Below are positions 15,298 to 24,552 of a stretch of DNA of 64,000 nucleotides, one piece after another (the first letter of the stretch is position 1; each line of letters opens with the position of its first letter). A program made the position numbers and the translations under genes. Below the pieces are notes generated by a model that saw nothing but the letters and a program-made list of their open reading frames with translations, searched no databases and was not told the DNA's origin. The stretch comes from a virus: the IMG/VR virus record IMGVR_UViG_3300045988_092861, positions 14,226 through 78,225 of that record; one strand, given 5' to 3'.

Positions 15298-16863
15298 GAA
15301 AGAATATCTCTTTATTATCAATTTTTCGCCATCTTTTATAACGCAAACTATATTCTTGACAACTATTGGCTGTTTGTTCTGTTTAGCGACGTTAACAAAA
15401 CTTTTATAGCTCTCAACAACACTTTCGTCTTTGAACATTTTCTTATCATGGAAATAAAGACAAACGGTATTGCTATTGTCATTCTGCTGAGCATTCCAAA
15501 TACTCAGCTGTTTATTTTTGGTCTTGATTTGATTTCTGTATTTACAGGTATAACTACAAACAGATTTTATATCCATGCGCACACCATCAAAAATCATATC
15601 GAGAGATTTGTATTGGCCAGTAGTATTAGGCATTCTTTCACCCTCTTTACATAAAATAACACTATGCCCGTTATTGTAAGCTAAGTCTCTCAATTCATAT
15701 TCCAGATCATACCCAGTCATTTTACCCAGGCATGGCTCTTGGTCCTCGTCTGCCTTTTCGTGTTTGACGTGAGTAGCCTTAAGACCGCCTTTAGAGTTCA
15801 TGGCCACATCTGTATATTCCTTGTCGCCTTTCAGTGATAAGAATTGCTTTCCCCGTTCGCTTTTCAAGACTATACTAGAAGTAATATACTGTTCGTTGTT
15901 TGTGAGAAATACAGGAATGCTCTTAGATGACAGAATCTTGGACTCGTTTCTACTGATATAGTCGTTGAACTGCTTAGGAACCTCAGACACTCTTCGTTTA
16001 GGGCCTACGCTCCAATATTCTTCCTCACTCATAACAATAGGAATAGCATAGCACATACAATTTACATGCCAGCCATTCCAATCAAATGGCAACGGATAAA
16101 TACCAGCTAATTCATCGCACATATCATGCTTAGGATGGCTACCACTCGGCTTTATCTCTTTGCCTTTAATGAAGTCCATCCTAGCCCATCTTTCCTGCTC
16201 GGCAGAACGGTAGGCCATGTTTATCTCGTTACGTGCCAGTCGCACGCTTCTGTACTCGCAGTTCTGAATGGTTATGGCTTTGCCGTATTTCTTCTTATAG
16301 TCTTTGGCAAGTGATGGATAATCATTAAGGTACTTGCTGACCTTCTTGCTGAGTTTAACAGCACTCATACCCTTCTCGATGCCGACGGACAGAGCTTTCT
16401 CAAGAGCCTCCTTTACATCAGCTCTCTGGTTCCATATTCGTTCTGAAAGACTGAGACCATTTATCTTTCTTTCCACGAAAGCCTTCTTTGCCGCATTGTT
16501 GTGTTCAAAGTAAGCTTTCTGTTTTGTCTCCGCAATCTTCCTCGTAAAGGTGCCGATTACCCTTTTGGCAAGTAGATCTTGCAGAGTGTTACTGTTCTTC
16601 CATTCCTCGGATATTCCGTTATAGACCAACGCCTGCATATTGTTTGAATAGTAATCCAACAAGGCGTTCACCCTCTTTTCTGTTCTAGGGTAATCATCAA
16701 AAGAGAACTCGCCATCCCCATCGAAGTCGGTGGAGGTGGCGATTTTAGATGATTCTTTAGCAAGAGTCTCATAGATGGAAATGATTTTCCTGGTATAAGC
16801 ATTCAGTCTCTTGCCAAGGTCTTTATATGCCTTTTTCTGATTAGGCAGTTTTGGCTTTTTCAT
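15295..16863 (-). CDS. MuF/SPP1 gp7-like minor head protein with ~220-aa C-terminal toxin-like extension
   Basis: The N-terminal ~300 aa (NEINMAYRSAEQERW; HPKHDMCDELAG...WHVNCMCY) is typical of Phage_Mu_F. The C-terminal part contains SLDMIFDGVRMDIKSV, a PD-(D/E)xK-like signature. It lies downstream of the portal gene. Confidence 0.75.
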   Translation of the reverse strand: MKKPKLPNQKKAYKDLGKRLNAYTRKIISIYETLAKESSKIATSTDFDGDGEFSFDDYPRTEKRVNALLDYYSNNMQALVYNGISEEWKNSNTLQDLLAKRVIGTFTRKIAETKQKAYFEHNNAAKKAFVERKINGLSLSERIWNQRADVKEALEKALSVGIEKGMSAVKLSKKVSKYLNDYPSLAKDYKKKYGKAITIQNCEYRSVRLARNEINMAYRSAEQERWARMDFIKGKEIKPSGSHPKHDMCDELAGIYPLPFDWNGWHVNCMCYAIPIVMSEEEYWSVGPKRRVSEVPKQFNDYISRNESKILSSKSIPVFLTNNEQYITSSIVLKSERGKQFLSLKGDKEYTDVAMNSKGGLKATHVKHEKADEDQEPCLGKMTGYDLEYELRDLAYNNGHSVILCKEGERMPNTTGQYKSLDMIFDGVRMDIKSVCSYTCKYRNQIKTKNKQLSIWNAQQNDNSNTVCLYFHDKKMFKDESVVESYKSFVNVAKQNKQPIVVKNIVCVIKDGEKLIIKRYSF

Positions 16864-17035
16864 ACAATTTCATTTTAAAGTGTTTACAGCAATCCCAGTT
16901 GAGAAGAACGCTCCATTCTTGATATGGGCATTTGGCTAGGATAGGCTGACCTTTAAGGCTCATACTATGGAAGTCAGTAGCATAAGCGCATTCACGGCAG
17001 AAGTGCCGTTTCTTATCTTCTTTCTTTTTTCTCAT
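16841..17035 (-). CDS. Small zinc-ribbon-like protein
   Basis: 64 aa with CRECAY...KCPY...DCCKH cysteines. Sits between the portal and MuF genes. Confidence 0.45.
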   Translation of the reverse strand: MRKKKEDKKRHFCRECAYATDFHSMSLKGQPILAKCPYQEWSVLLNWDCCKHFKMKLYEKAKTA

Positions 17036-17037
17036 GA

Positions 17038-18453
17038 CTACTCCTCCGAGAATAAGTTAGGCATAGTAGCTGCTGTTCTGGTTGCCTCGGCTTCGTCCTC
17101 TTCGCGAATCTCTTGGTAAGTAGCGTCTGGGTCGTCGGAAATGCCAGCACGTTTGATTGACTCTTTCTGGCTGATGATTGGCTTGTTTCCGTTGCCCTTC
17201 ATCCACTTTTCAATTTGGGTCATCTCGTCCTCTTGGATGAATGGAGTGATGATGTGCTCTACCGTAATCTCATCCATTCTAGCCTCCCATTTCGTATTCA
17301 TCTTGGCAAGGAAAGCCTTTATGACGTTAGTCTCTCTCTCGAAGCCTTCAATCCAGGCACCCGTCTCCTCTCCTATCTTAAGATGGGCATCCATGAGGAG
17401 TGTCTTTCTTGAATCATAGCCGATATTGCCAAGACTCTTCAAATTCTCGAAACTGATGTCCGGCATCTGGGACTGCATGAAGAAAAGCTTGACGAGAGTG
17501 TCAACGTGATACTTAAGAGCCTCGATAGCCTGCTGCCAAGACACGTAGCTAACATCGCCGTCTTCGCTGACTCTATACACCCTCTTGCTCTCTCCCTTTC
17601 GCTCCATTCCAACGATGGCACCGGCAATCTTCAAGACAGGAGCGGAATTGTATGCCACAACATCGCTGTTTCTGGAAATGGTGTACTCGATATTCTCACG
17701 TATAGGTTTCAATCCTTCCCAGCATGGCTTGTGCCGGTACCAGAAAACGGCTGGAATCTTGTCGATAGAAATCTCATTTTCATCCACCAAATTCCATCCG
17801 GACTCTTCATCGTCTGAAGACAGGTCCCACTTGTAATGATGGTCTGCGGTATAGGTCTCGAAGAAGGTGTGCTCTGTGTCAGTAACCTTACGCTTGTACT
17901 CGAATGACAGGGCGAGCATGTCTCCATACTCATCGAAGTAAGGATAGATGTCAACTCCGTCCATTGGAGAGAATGTCTTACATTTCAGCTTATACTGGCT
18001 GTCGAAGCCGTAGAGCTTGTTAGGCTTCTTCTGCGTGTACCAAAGTGTGAACATCTGACAAGAGGCGTAATAGCACTTTGCTCTGTGCATGTTCATGGCA
18101 TCAATGTGTGCACAGGTGTAGATTTTCTCGATGGCACGCGCAATCGTCTTCAGTTCCTCGTCAGCCTGATTATACGTATATACACGCTTGACTGGTATAG
18201 CCATTGTAAATTCAGAGATTCTTCGTGTAAGAAGCTTCTCCAATCCGATAGGCAATCTAGCTGCCTTTTCTACAATTCCGTCATCAAGCGTTCTGTCCTG
18301 TCTGCCTACGTGGTCGTTTACGATTTCATGGAGCATAGGCTCATACTCAGACAACAGGGTACTCCAAAGTGGAATATCCAGCACTCGTTGTTTCAGCTCT
18401 CCTATGATGCTGCCAACGTCATTTCTTTTAAAAAGTTCATTAAAATCTATCAT
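17038..18453 (-). CDS. Portal protein (SPP1 gp6-like, inferred)
   Basis: 471 aa, immediately upstream of the MuF-like gene in the same operon. Size and synteny are typical of portals. No motif-level proof. Confidence 0.7.
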   Translation of the reverse strand: MIDFNELFKRNDVGSIIGELKQRVLDIPLWSTLLSEYEPMLHEIVNDHVGRQDRTLDDGIVEKAARLPIGLEKLLTRRISEFTMAIPVKRVYTYNQADEELKTIARAIEKIYTCAHIDAMNMHRAKCYYASCQMFTLWYTQKKPNKLYGFDSQYKLKCKTFSPMDGVDIYPYFDEYGDMLALSFEYKRKVTDTEHTFFETYTADHHYKWDLSSDDEESGWNLVDENEISIDKIPAVFWYRHKPCWEGLKPIRENIEYTISRNSDVVAYNSAPVLKIAGAIVGMERKGESKRVYRVSEDGDVSYVSWQQAIEALKYHVDTLVKLFFMQSQMPDISFENLKSLGNIGYDSRKTLLMDAHLKIGEETGAWIEGFERETNVIKAFLAKMNTKWEARMDEITVEHIITPFIQEDEMTQIEKWMKGNGNKPIISQKESIKRAGISDDPDATYQEIREEDEAEATRTAATMPNLFSEE

Positions 18454-18475
18454 AATCTTCGAAGTTTAGATATGG

Positions 18476-18483
18476 CAAAATTA
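18476..18483 (-). promoter_or_regulatory. Putative -7 box (TAATTTTG on minus strand) for portal operon
   Basis: Plus-strand CAAAATTA at 18476-18483 lies about 23 nt upstream of the portal ATG (18453). It faces away from family-1 cassette copy 3. Confidence 0.35.
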
Positions 18484-18512
18484 CAGATATATTCGCATAT
18501 ATTTAACGCATT

Positions 18513-18652
18513 TAGTATTTTTAACTAAAATATCTATTAGTATATTTGCATATATCAAATAATTTTCGTACCTTTGCATATAGATAAAAGGTAGTACTTT
18601 TGACTATTCAGAGCCTACCTTACAAGTTGAACCAATTAAAATTATAAAGATT
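18513..18652 (+). promoter_or_regulatory. Family-1 promoter cassette, copy 3
   Basis: -33 TTTG 18545-18548 and -7 TACCTTTG 18569-18576. Hairpin at 18588-18621. GAACCAATTAAAATT at 18629-18643. Near-identical to copy 2. Confidence 0.65.
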
Positions 18653-19084
18653 ATGAATAATTCAATTGAAACTAAGAAGGCAGAGGTTAGAAAGAACATC
18701 AAGAATACACTTGAGTCAGCCAAGATTAAGATTATTAACGTAATTTCAGTTTGTCCTGATTGGGAGGTAGAATATATCAACTTAGGTTTTAAGTCACTTA
18801 ACGTTCGTTTGATTTTAAAAGGAGTCGAAAGAGACAGAAGCCTGGAAATTCGTTACCAGAAAAAAGATGGCAACTTCCAGGAAGAGTCTTTTAACACCAA
18901 TGTGGCAAGCTGTGGAGAATTTGACCTTCTTGAGGCAAACGACAACCTTAAGTACTACACGGCGATTGGCGACATTCTCAACCACAAAGATATGCTTTCA
19001 CTGTTGAAAGATACTATGGTTTATTTCACAAATAAACTTGTTGAGTTGGATAAAGAATATGATAAATTAGACCAGGAGGATTAG
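18653..19084 (+). CDS. Hypothetical protein
   Basis: 143-aa ORF, the first gene after cassette copy 3. Confidence 0.55.
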   Translation: MNNSIETKKAEVRKNIKNTLESAKIKIINVISVCPDWEVEYINLGFKSLNVRLILKGVERDRSLEIRYQKKDGNFQEESFNTNVASCGEFDLLEANDNLKYYTAIGDILNHKDMLSLLKDTMVYFTNKLVELDKEYDKLDQED

Positions 19085-19086
19085 TT

Positions 19087-19467
19087 ATGACAAAGCAAGA
19101 AGAAATCGATATTCTACAGTCCTTGAAGGGTGACACTTATTTCGCTCAGTTCTTCGGAAGCAAGGACATTGATCAGATGTGTCAGAACATCAACAATGAT
19201 TTTGCCATTGAGGGCGGATGCGGATTCATCCAGAAAGCTGTAGCTTTAGAGAAAAATAACGCAGACCTCAAAAAGGAGTACAAGCAGAAAATCTATGATT
19301 TAGGGATGGAAATTATTAAAATTCTCGATAGAGGATTTGACGAAGATGCTATTTACCAGTTGGTTGAAGGCGAGGTCGGAATTAATGCTATCATTAAATT
19401 CAAATTTAAGAACAATCTGGAACTTACGGATAAGGAGATAGACTATATGGTATCTCAACTTCCATGA
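19087..19467 (+). CDS. Hypothetical protein
   Basis: 126-aa ORF at a GGAGGATTAGTTATG coupling junction. Confidence 0.55.
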   Translation: MTKQEEIDILQSLKGDTYFAQFFGSKDIDQMCQNINNDFAIEGGCGFIQKAVALEKNNADLKKEYKQKIYDLGMEIIKILDRGFDEDAIYQLVEGEVGINAIIKFKFKNNLELTDKEIDYMVSQLP

Positions 19468-19532
19468 TTATGTAGTAATCGCATAGCTTATGAGGGTATG
19501 CAGGTTATGGTTTGATAATTAAAATAAGAACA

Positions 19533-19973
19533 ATGAAAGACGATAAAGTTACGGTAGAAGATTTGAAGACAGCCATGTCGAGCAAGGGAATCAGTTCAGA
19601 TATAAATCAAGAGAAGGTAATAACACGCCTACAAGTAAATGGCTGTTTGATAGCAATGGTATCAGATATATTAGACCAGCTTATCACGGATGAGCAATCT
19701 ACGCTAAGACTCCTTGATGTTCAGTACAAGCAAGAGCAGAAGATGCACTACAATCAGATGCAAAATGCAGCGAAGAAGTACTACTTTCACTTGAAGCCAT
19801 TTACTAAGAGTTTCTTTGGTGACAATAACATCTGTGCCGATATTGAGGACAACGCAAATGACATATACGAAATCATCAAGTTACTTGCGGACCACACTAA
19901 CGACCACAAGGATATGGAAGTAATTAAGAGAAACCTCAGAAAGAGAAAGTTGAACCATCATATATTCGATTAA
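19533..19973 (+). CDS. Hypothetical protein
   Basis: First ATG is at 19533; the track start at 19512 is TTG. 146 aa. Confidence 0.5.
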   Translation: MKDDKVTVEDLKTAMSSKGISSDINQEKVITRLQVNGCLIAMVSDILDQLITDEQSTLRLLDVQYKQEQKMHYNQMQNAAKKYYFHLKPFTKSFFGDNNICADIEDNANDIYEIIKLLADHTNDHKDMEVIKRNLRKRKLNHHIFD

Positions 19974-19976
19974 GCG

Positions 19977-20315
19977 ATGAGAAGGGAATTAATCAATGAT
20001 ATAGCTAAAGGCGCATTCGAAATGGCCATTGAGGAGAATGCTTATAGCTTTATTTACACATACGAAATGGCAACAAAGATTATAGAGATAGTCGTAGGTG
20101 TAAAGAACAATGAATATTATTGCGAAAAGGTTAATGTTTACGATTACGATCAGAACGACCTTTCTTATAGATTTGAAAATATAAGTAAGTTAATCAAGAA
20201 GGAATGTGCGCCCTGCAGAAGTGTCGTCATTGACGAGATAAGGGATTCCGGAATGAATGAGACGGAACGAATATTCGGTTCAGAATCAGCTTACATCAAT
20301 TACAGATTCTGCTAA
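19977..20315 (+). CDS. Hypothetical protein
   Basis: 112-aa ORF with ATG, 3 nt after the upstream stop. Confidence 0.5.
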   Translation: MRRELINDIAKGAFEMAIEENAYSFIYTYEMATKIIEIVVGVKNNEYYCEKVNVYDYDQNDLSYRFENISKLIKKECAPCRSVVIDEIRDSGMNETERIFGSESAYINYRFC

Positions 20316-20628
20316 ATATAAAAGATTGTCGGTACAGAATATTTTGGTTAGAAGTTCCTTTTGAACCACCCGACATTAATAAAAGTGATTGAAAATGGAA
20401 ATCGGTGAGTAAACAATTTAAAATCGGTCGGCCATAAACCTTATCATGGTGGCACGATAGGAGCCTTAAACATCCTGGAGACCGACAACCCAAACAGCGG
20501 TTAGACAGAGCTGGAACGTCGATAAATACAGCCGTATGTGTAAACGTTAATAGCACAAAAGTACCGAAAGTTAAAGGACCCAGGACTACGGTATTTATCA
20601 ACAAGTTAAACTTTAAAAGAAATAACCT
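20316..20628 (+). other. 313-nt ORF-free, relatively GC-richer intergenic element (candidate structured RNA or origin-like region)
   Basis: No plus-strand ORF in an otherwise tightly packed operon. Repeated CGGT-containing motifs: AAATCGGT twice (about 20399 and 20421), and TGTCGGT at 20327 with its reverse complement at 20481. Several local stems are present. Confidence 0.3.
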
Positions 20629-20829
20629 ATGATGTCAGAAAAGCAATATCGAGTAGCCCGAAAGGGAATCATCGATCAGATTAAGTTAGCTCAGAAGCTA
20701 CACTGTACCAATTTAGCTCAGAAGCACAAAGCTGCATTGAAGAAGCTCGAATTGCGCTTTTTACAACCAGATGCAACAGGTTGTTTTGATTGGCGAGCAC
20801 GAGTATCGAGTAGTTATTATCACATATAA
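20629..20829 (+). CDS. Hypothetical protein
   Basis: 66-aa basic ORF with ATG start. Confidence 0.4.
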   Translation: MMSEKQYRVARKGIIDQIKLAQKLHCTNLAQKHKAALKKLELRFLQPDATGCFDWRARVSSSYYHI

Positions 20830-20840
20830 TTAGTAAGGTC

Positions 20841-21092
20841 ATGGTAATAGTAAATTTTGAAATTGGGAACAAAGAATTTGAGGTACGTTCTATACGTGAA
20901 TCAGGTTATCCACCAACGAATAACGAGCGTGGCTCTATGCTGGTTGAGTATGATGTAACGACTTTCATGAATGGTCAGCCAATGACAAAGAAGTTCAATC
21001 AAAAGAAACGAGTTTTCTTTGACCTTGAAGGTAATGTTTACAAAAGCAAGCAGAGCAACAAGGTATGGTTCAATCTTCACAAATCAAGTTGA
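20841..21092 (+). CDS. Hypothetical protein
   Basis: 83-aa ORF with ATG start. Confidence 0.45.
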   Translation: MVIVNFEIGNKEFEVRSIRESGYPPTNNERGSMLVEYDVTTFMNGQPMTKKFNQKKRVFFDLEGNVYKSKQSNKVWFNLHKSS

Positions 21093-21099
21093 TAAGATT

Positions 21100-21624
21100 A
21101 TGAAAACAGCAAAGTATATTATAATAGACATAGAAACGTTAGGTAGAAGAAATGATGCTGCTGTTACTCAGGTAGGAATAGTGATAGCAGACGAAAATTT
21201 CGATGTATTAGACTCATATCTGATACAGGTAACACCTGATGCTTGGAACACTTGTGATAGAACATTTACTGGAGAAACTTTATTCTGGTGGATGGAGAAA
21301 AAGAACACTCCAATAAGTAAAAAGCCTACTCATATTGTTCATAGCTACAAATATTTGGTAGATAAGTTATATCAAATCTTTGATAGATATAATACAGAAG
21401 ATACTACAATATGGACTAAAGGGGCAATGGACCTATTTAGCATTAAAGATATATGCGAGTATCTTAATATGGAAACTCCCTGGAAGTTTTGGCAACCAAG
21501 AGACATCAGAACCGCAAAGGAGTTCATAAAAGAGTGGAAGACTTTTGAGAATAATAATCATAACGCTCTCGATGATGCTTTGAACCAGTTGAGAGAGTTA
21601 AAAGCTAACTTAATTGAAAGATAG
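21100..21624 (+). CDS. DEDDh-type 3'-5' exonuclease
   Basis: ATG 21100 (MKTAKYIIIDIETLG) gives ExoI motif DIET. C-terminal HNALDDALN gives ExoIII (H-x4-D). Confidence 0.7.
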   Translation: MKTAKYIIIDIETLGRRNDAAVTQVGIVIADENFDVLDSYLIQVTPDAWNTCDRTFTGETLFWWMEKKNTPISKKPTHIVHSYKYLVDKLYQIFDRYNTEDTTIWTKGAMDLFSIKDICEYLNMETPWKFWQPRDIRTAKEFIKEWKTFENNNHNALDDALNQLRELKANLIER

Positions 21625-21626
21625 AT

Positions 21627-22601
21627 ATGGAAGCAAAGATTAATGTAGCTGAAATCCTTAAGGATAAGCCAGAAAATACGAAGTTATATTCTCCTCTATT
21701 TGGAGATGTATATTTTTCATATATAAAGGATAGTATTATAAATGTAAAACATCATGGAGGAATAACAAAATTCTTTGATAACAGCAGATACTATAACTAT
21801 CCTGAATCAGAGCCGTTATTATTTCCATCAAAAGAAATGCGTGACTGGAGCAAATTTTCTTGGAAAAGAGGTGATGTATTGGTTAGTGATGATGGTTGTA
21901 TAGAGGTTATCTTTGATAAATGGTACGATGATACCTATACAAGTTTCTATGGCAAACATTATCTAGACAGCGAGAATGAGAATGATATTGTATATATCGA
22001 AGCATTTATTTGTACAACTGAAAGATTTTCTCTCGAAGATAAGGAATCTTTCCTGTGCTACATCAACACTATAGAGGAACGCTTGGGTGGCAAACTTAAT
22101 CGTGAAACTTTGGAGATTGAGAAGACTCAGCCAGAGTTCAAGGATGGGGATATTCTCTCCAATCCTAGTACTGCTCTACCAAAAAATCATATTTTTATCT
22201 TTAGCAAATTTAATAAGTATAAAGATTTTGAACACCATGTAGCCCTTACAGCTTCAGGAGAGATTACTATCCCAACGTCTCATGGTGCTTGGTGTCGTAA
22301 AGATAGCGGTGTAAAATATGCTACAGAAGAAGAGAAGCAACAGCTCTTTGAAGCTTTAGCCAATGTAGGCAAGGCTTGGGATGCTGAGAAGAAAGCCATT
22401 GTTGATTTGAAGCCAAAGGTTGATGGGCTGAAACCATTCGATAAGATACTTGTCAAAGATAACCCTAATGGAAGTTGGGAGCCAGCTCTCTTTTGGAAGA
22501 AAGTGGATGTAATAGACCTTCATCCCTATATGGTTATAGGAGGTAAAAGATATAGATATTGTGAACCTTACGAAGGCAACGAAAGTCTTTTAGATTACTA
22601 A
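21627..22601 (+). CDS. Hypothetical protein
   Basis: 324-aa ORF with no recognisable motif. Confidence 0.55.
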   Translation: MEAKINVAEILKDKPENTKLYSPLFGDVYFSYIKDSIINVKHHGGITKFFDNSRYYNYPESEPLLFPSKEMRDWSKFSWKRGDVLVSDDGCIEVIFDKWYDDTYTSFYGKHYLDSENENDIVYIEAFICTTERFSLEDKESFLCYINTIEERLGGKLNRETLEIEKTQPEFKDGDILSNPSTALPKNHIFIFSKFNKYKDFEHHVALTASGEITIPTSHGAWCRKDSGVKYATEEEKQQLFEALANVGKAWDAEKKAIVDLKPKVDGLKPFDKILVKDNPNGSWEPALFWKKVDVIDLHPYMVIGGKRYRYCEPYEGNESLLDY

Positions 22602-22620
22602 TAACGTGGAGGATTAGATT

Positions 22621-22974
22621 ATGATAGACGATAAGAAAATGGGAAAAGCCATAGAAGACTATGTAAGATATAGTCCTGTCGAGGATGAATATCCAGGAAC
22701 GGAGGGAGATGCATTTAAAGCAGGTGCTAAATGGGCTGTTAATAAGTTCTTGAAGGACTTGTGGTATGACGCTGAGGAAGAGCCATATAGTAATCTTAGT
22801 CCAATATTATTTGATGGTAGAGATAGGGAAGGACGTCAAATTGTTAAAACTAGCTTCTTTAGAAGTGGTTATTGGAATAAAACTGTTGAATATTACGGTA
22901 TTATTCGTTGGCTCTATATTGATGATTTGTTTCCTGAGGAAGAAGAGGAAGAAGAGGAAGAAGAGGAAGAATAA
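22621..22974 (+). CDS. Hypothetical protein with C-terminal poly-Glu tail
   Basis: 117 aa ending EEEEEEEEEEEE, encoded by the 9-bp tandem repeat. Confidence 0.5.
   Translation: MIDDKKMGKAIEDYVRYSPVEDEYPGTEGDAFKAGAKWAVNKFLKDLWYDAEEEPYSNLSPILFDGRDREGRQIVKTSFFRSGYWNKTVEYYGIIRWLYIDDLFPEEEEEEEEEEEE
22936..22971 (+). repeat. Tandem 9-bp repeat (GAGGAAGAA)x4
   Basis: Read directly from the sequence. It encodes the poly-Glu tail. Confidence 0.9.
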
Positions 22975-23111
22975 TGACAGTAGGAGAATACGCAAGGCTT
23001 AATGCTAAAATAGCTGTCTTGAAAGAGATAGCTATAGACTATAGCGGTAAGACGATTGATAACGTTATTCAGCAATTAGAAGCAATCAGAGAGGAAGTAA
23101 GCAATGATTAG
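22974..23111 (+). CDS. Small hypothetical protein (45 aa)
   Basis: ATG overlaps the upstream TAA (TAATG). Coiled-coil-like. Confidence 0.3.
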   Translation: MTVGEYARLNAKIAVLKEIAIDYSGKTIDNVIQQLEAIREEVSND

Positions 23112-23238
23112 AGCATTTAGCATTAAGCACTATATTCGAGAACAAATATTCGATTTGGGTTGTTATTGTAACGAACATCCTTGGAATAAAGTCGCATATA
23201 ATATCTATTTGTTCTTATGTAGGTTATGTTTTAAATAA
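23104..23238 (+). CDS. Small hypothetical protein (44 aa)
   Basis: ATG 23104 overlaps the upstream stop region. Weak support. Confidence 0.25.
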   Translation: MIRAFSIKHYIREQIFDLGCYCNEHPWNKVAYNIYLFLCRLCFK

Positions 23239-23244
23239 GTAGAT

Positions 23245-23409
23245 ATGAAAGAGCTTAAAGTTGGAGAAAGAATAATTTTGGAGGTGGTTGAAGCAACAAG
23301 TATTTCTTGCCAAGGCTGCTTCTTCGCAAAGGAAGGGTATGCTTGCCCAGACTACTGCTATACCCGCTTAGACGGCATTAATGTAATCTTTAAAGAAGTT
23401 AAGGAGTAA
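23245..23409 (+). CDS. Small Cys-rich protein (54 aa)
   Basis: CQGC...CPDYC pattern. Ends at a TAAAGCGTATG junction. Confidence 0.35.
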   Translation: MKELKVGERIILEVVEATSISCQGCFFAKEGYACPDYCYTRLDGINVIFKEVKE

Positions 23410-23414
23410 AGCGT

Positions 23415-23645
23415 ATGAGTGGATTATTATCAATGATTGGTATGCAAACTGAACTGGAATACCAAATGGGTGATTTTCATTTTGGTCTTCCACGTGTCAG
23501 ATATAATGTTCCGAAAGGCAACATTCCATCCGACAAGCAGAAGTTTCAGCCAAAGGAGCTGCATGAGTTCACCATCAAGGGTGTCAAGATTATGGCAGCT
23601 TCTAAGAAGGATGCTATCAAAAAGTTTAATCATCGTAAAAAGTAA
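23415..23645 (+). CDS. Hypothetical protein
   Basis: 76-aa ORF between two TAAAGCGTATG junctions. Confidence 0.45.
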   Translation: MSGLLSMIGMQTELEYQMGDFHFGLPRVRYNVPKGNIPSDKQKFQPKELHEFTIKGVKIMAASKKDAIKKFNHRKK

Positions 23646-23650
23646 AGCGT

Positions 23651-24148
23651 ATGAATACAAATAGCTATTTCCGAATAGAAAAGGGATTTGATATATCTAA
23701 GATAACTGGGGGTATTCCTCAGAATATTGGAGAAGGATTTCAGTTTAATCTCCGTGGGAAAATATATACAACTACGGGTAGCTATACTAAAGACAAAAAA
23801 AGACTCATGAATATCGAAATTCGTTCTTTTCGTGGTCTTTGCGGTGGCGCAATACATTATTACGCAACATTGTATGTTAAAGTAAACAATGTGTGTGATA
23901 ACAGCTCGGTAAGTGGATATTTGGGAGGAATTGAAATTCCAAATGAATATCAAACCATCAAAGGGGAGTTTGTTAGACCACTTACTCAAAAGGAGAAAGA
24001 TAAGCAACCAGATAGATGGGACTGGTATCAAGTAGGGGATTTAGTTAATGCCTTTGAATCTCTTCAAGAGATAGAGAGTTTAATTAAAAACCTCAAAAAG
24101 AAGTTCTCTTCTAAGGAGTGGAAAGTTGAGATAAGACGCAATTATTAA
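23651..24148 (+). CDS. Hypothetical protein
   Basis: 165-aa ORF with ATG start. Confidence 0.5.
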   Translation: MNTNSYFRIEKGFDISKITGGIPQNIGEGFQFNLRGKIYTTTGSYTKDKKRLMNIEIRSFRGLCGGAIHYYATLYVKVNNVCDNSSVSGYLGGIEIPNEYQTIKGEFVRPLTQKEKDKQPDRWDWYQVGDLVNAFESLQEIESLIKNLKKKFSSKEWKVEIRRNY

Positions 24149-24176
24149 CCGCCTTCTAGCACAAATAGATAGTAAT

Positions 24177-24434
24177 ATGACAGAAGAACAATATCAAAAG
24201 GTTATTTCTCTTAATAAGAGATTAACCGAGTTGGAAGAAGTGTATAGTCTTTTAAATGATGAAGATACTCATCTTTCTTATTACCAACCAAGTTGTTTTG
24301 GTTCTCATGCTTATCTTTGTGATCTTGAAAAATTAACACCCATAAAAGATATTTTAAAAAGATATGAAGATACTATACGTTTTGAGGTTAGGACTGAAAT
24401 AGAAAGCATTAAGAGGCAAATTAATGAAATTTAA
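24177..24434 (+). CDS. Hypothetical protein
   Basis: 85-aa ORF, coiled-coil-like. Confidence 0.45.
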   Translation: MTEEQYQKVISLNKRLTELEEVYSLLNDEDTHLSYYQPSCFGSHAYLCDLEKLTPIKDILKRYEDTIRFEVRTEIESIKRQINEI

Positions 24435-24552
24435 ATATAAATAATATGATATTATTAATAATTTTAGGAATTATCTTTTTAGCAGCTATTGATAACAGAT
24501 AGTAAAAAGAAAAGTATGTTGTTTAATCGCCTTAGGGCATAAATTAAAAAAT

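Noticed and set aside
15265-15654. 129-aa plus-strand ORF overlapping the 3' end of the MuF gene.
   Set aside because: It is antisense to a well-supported MuF-like CDS, has a non-ATG start inside the sRNA hairpin, and reads as hydrophobic shadow-ORF sequence.
20296-20604. 102-aa minus-strand ORF covering the ORF-free island.
   Set aside because: It starts with TTG, has no in-frame ATG until far downstream, runs opposite to a long co-directional operon, and has an odd composition. The region is treated as non-coding instead.
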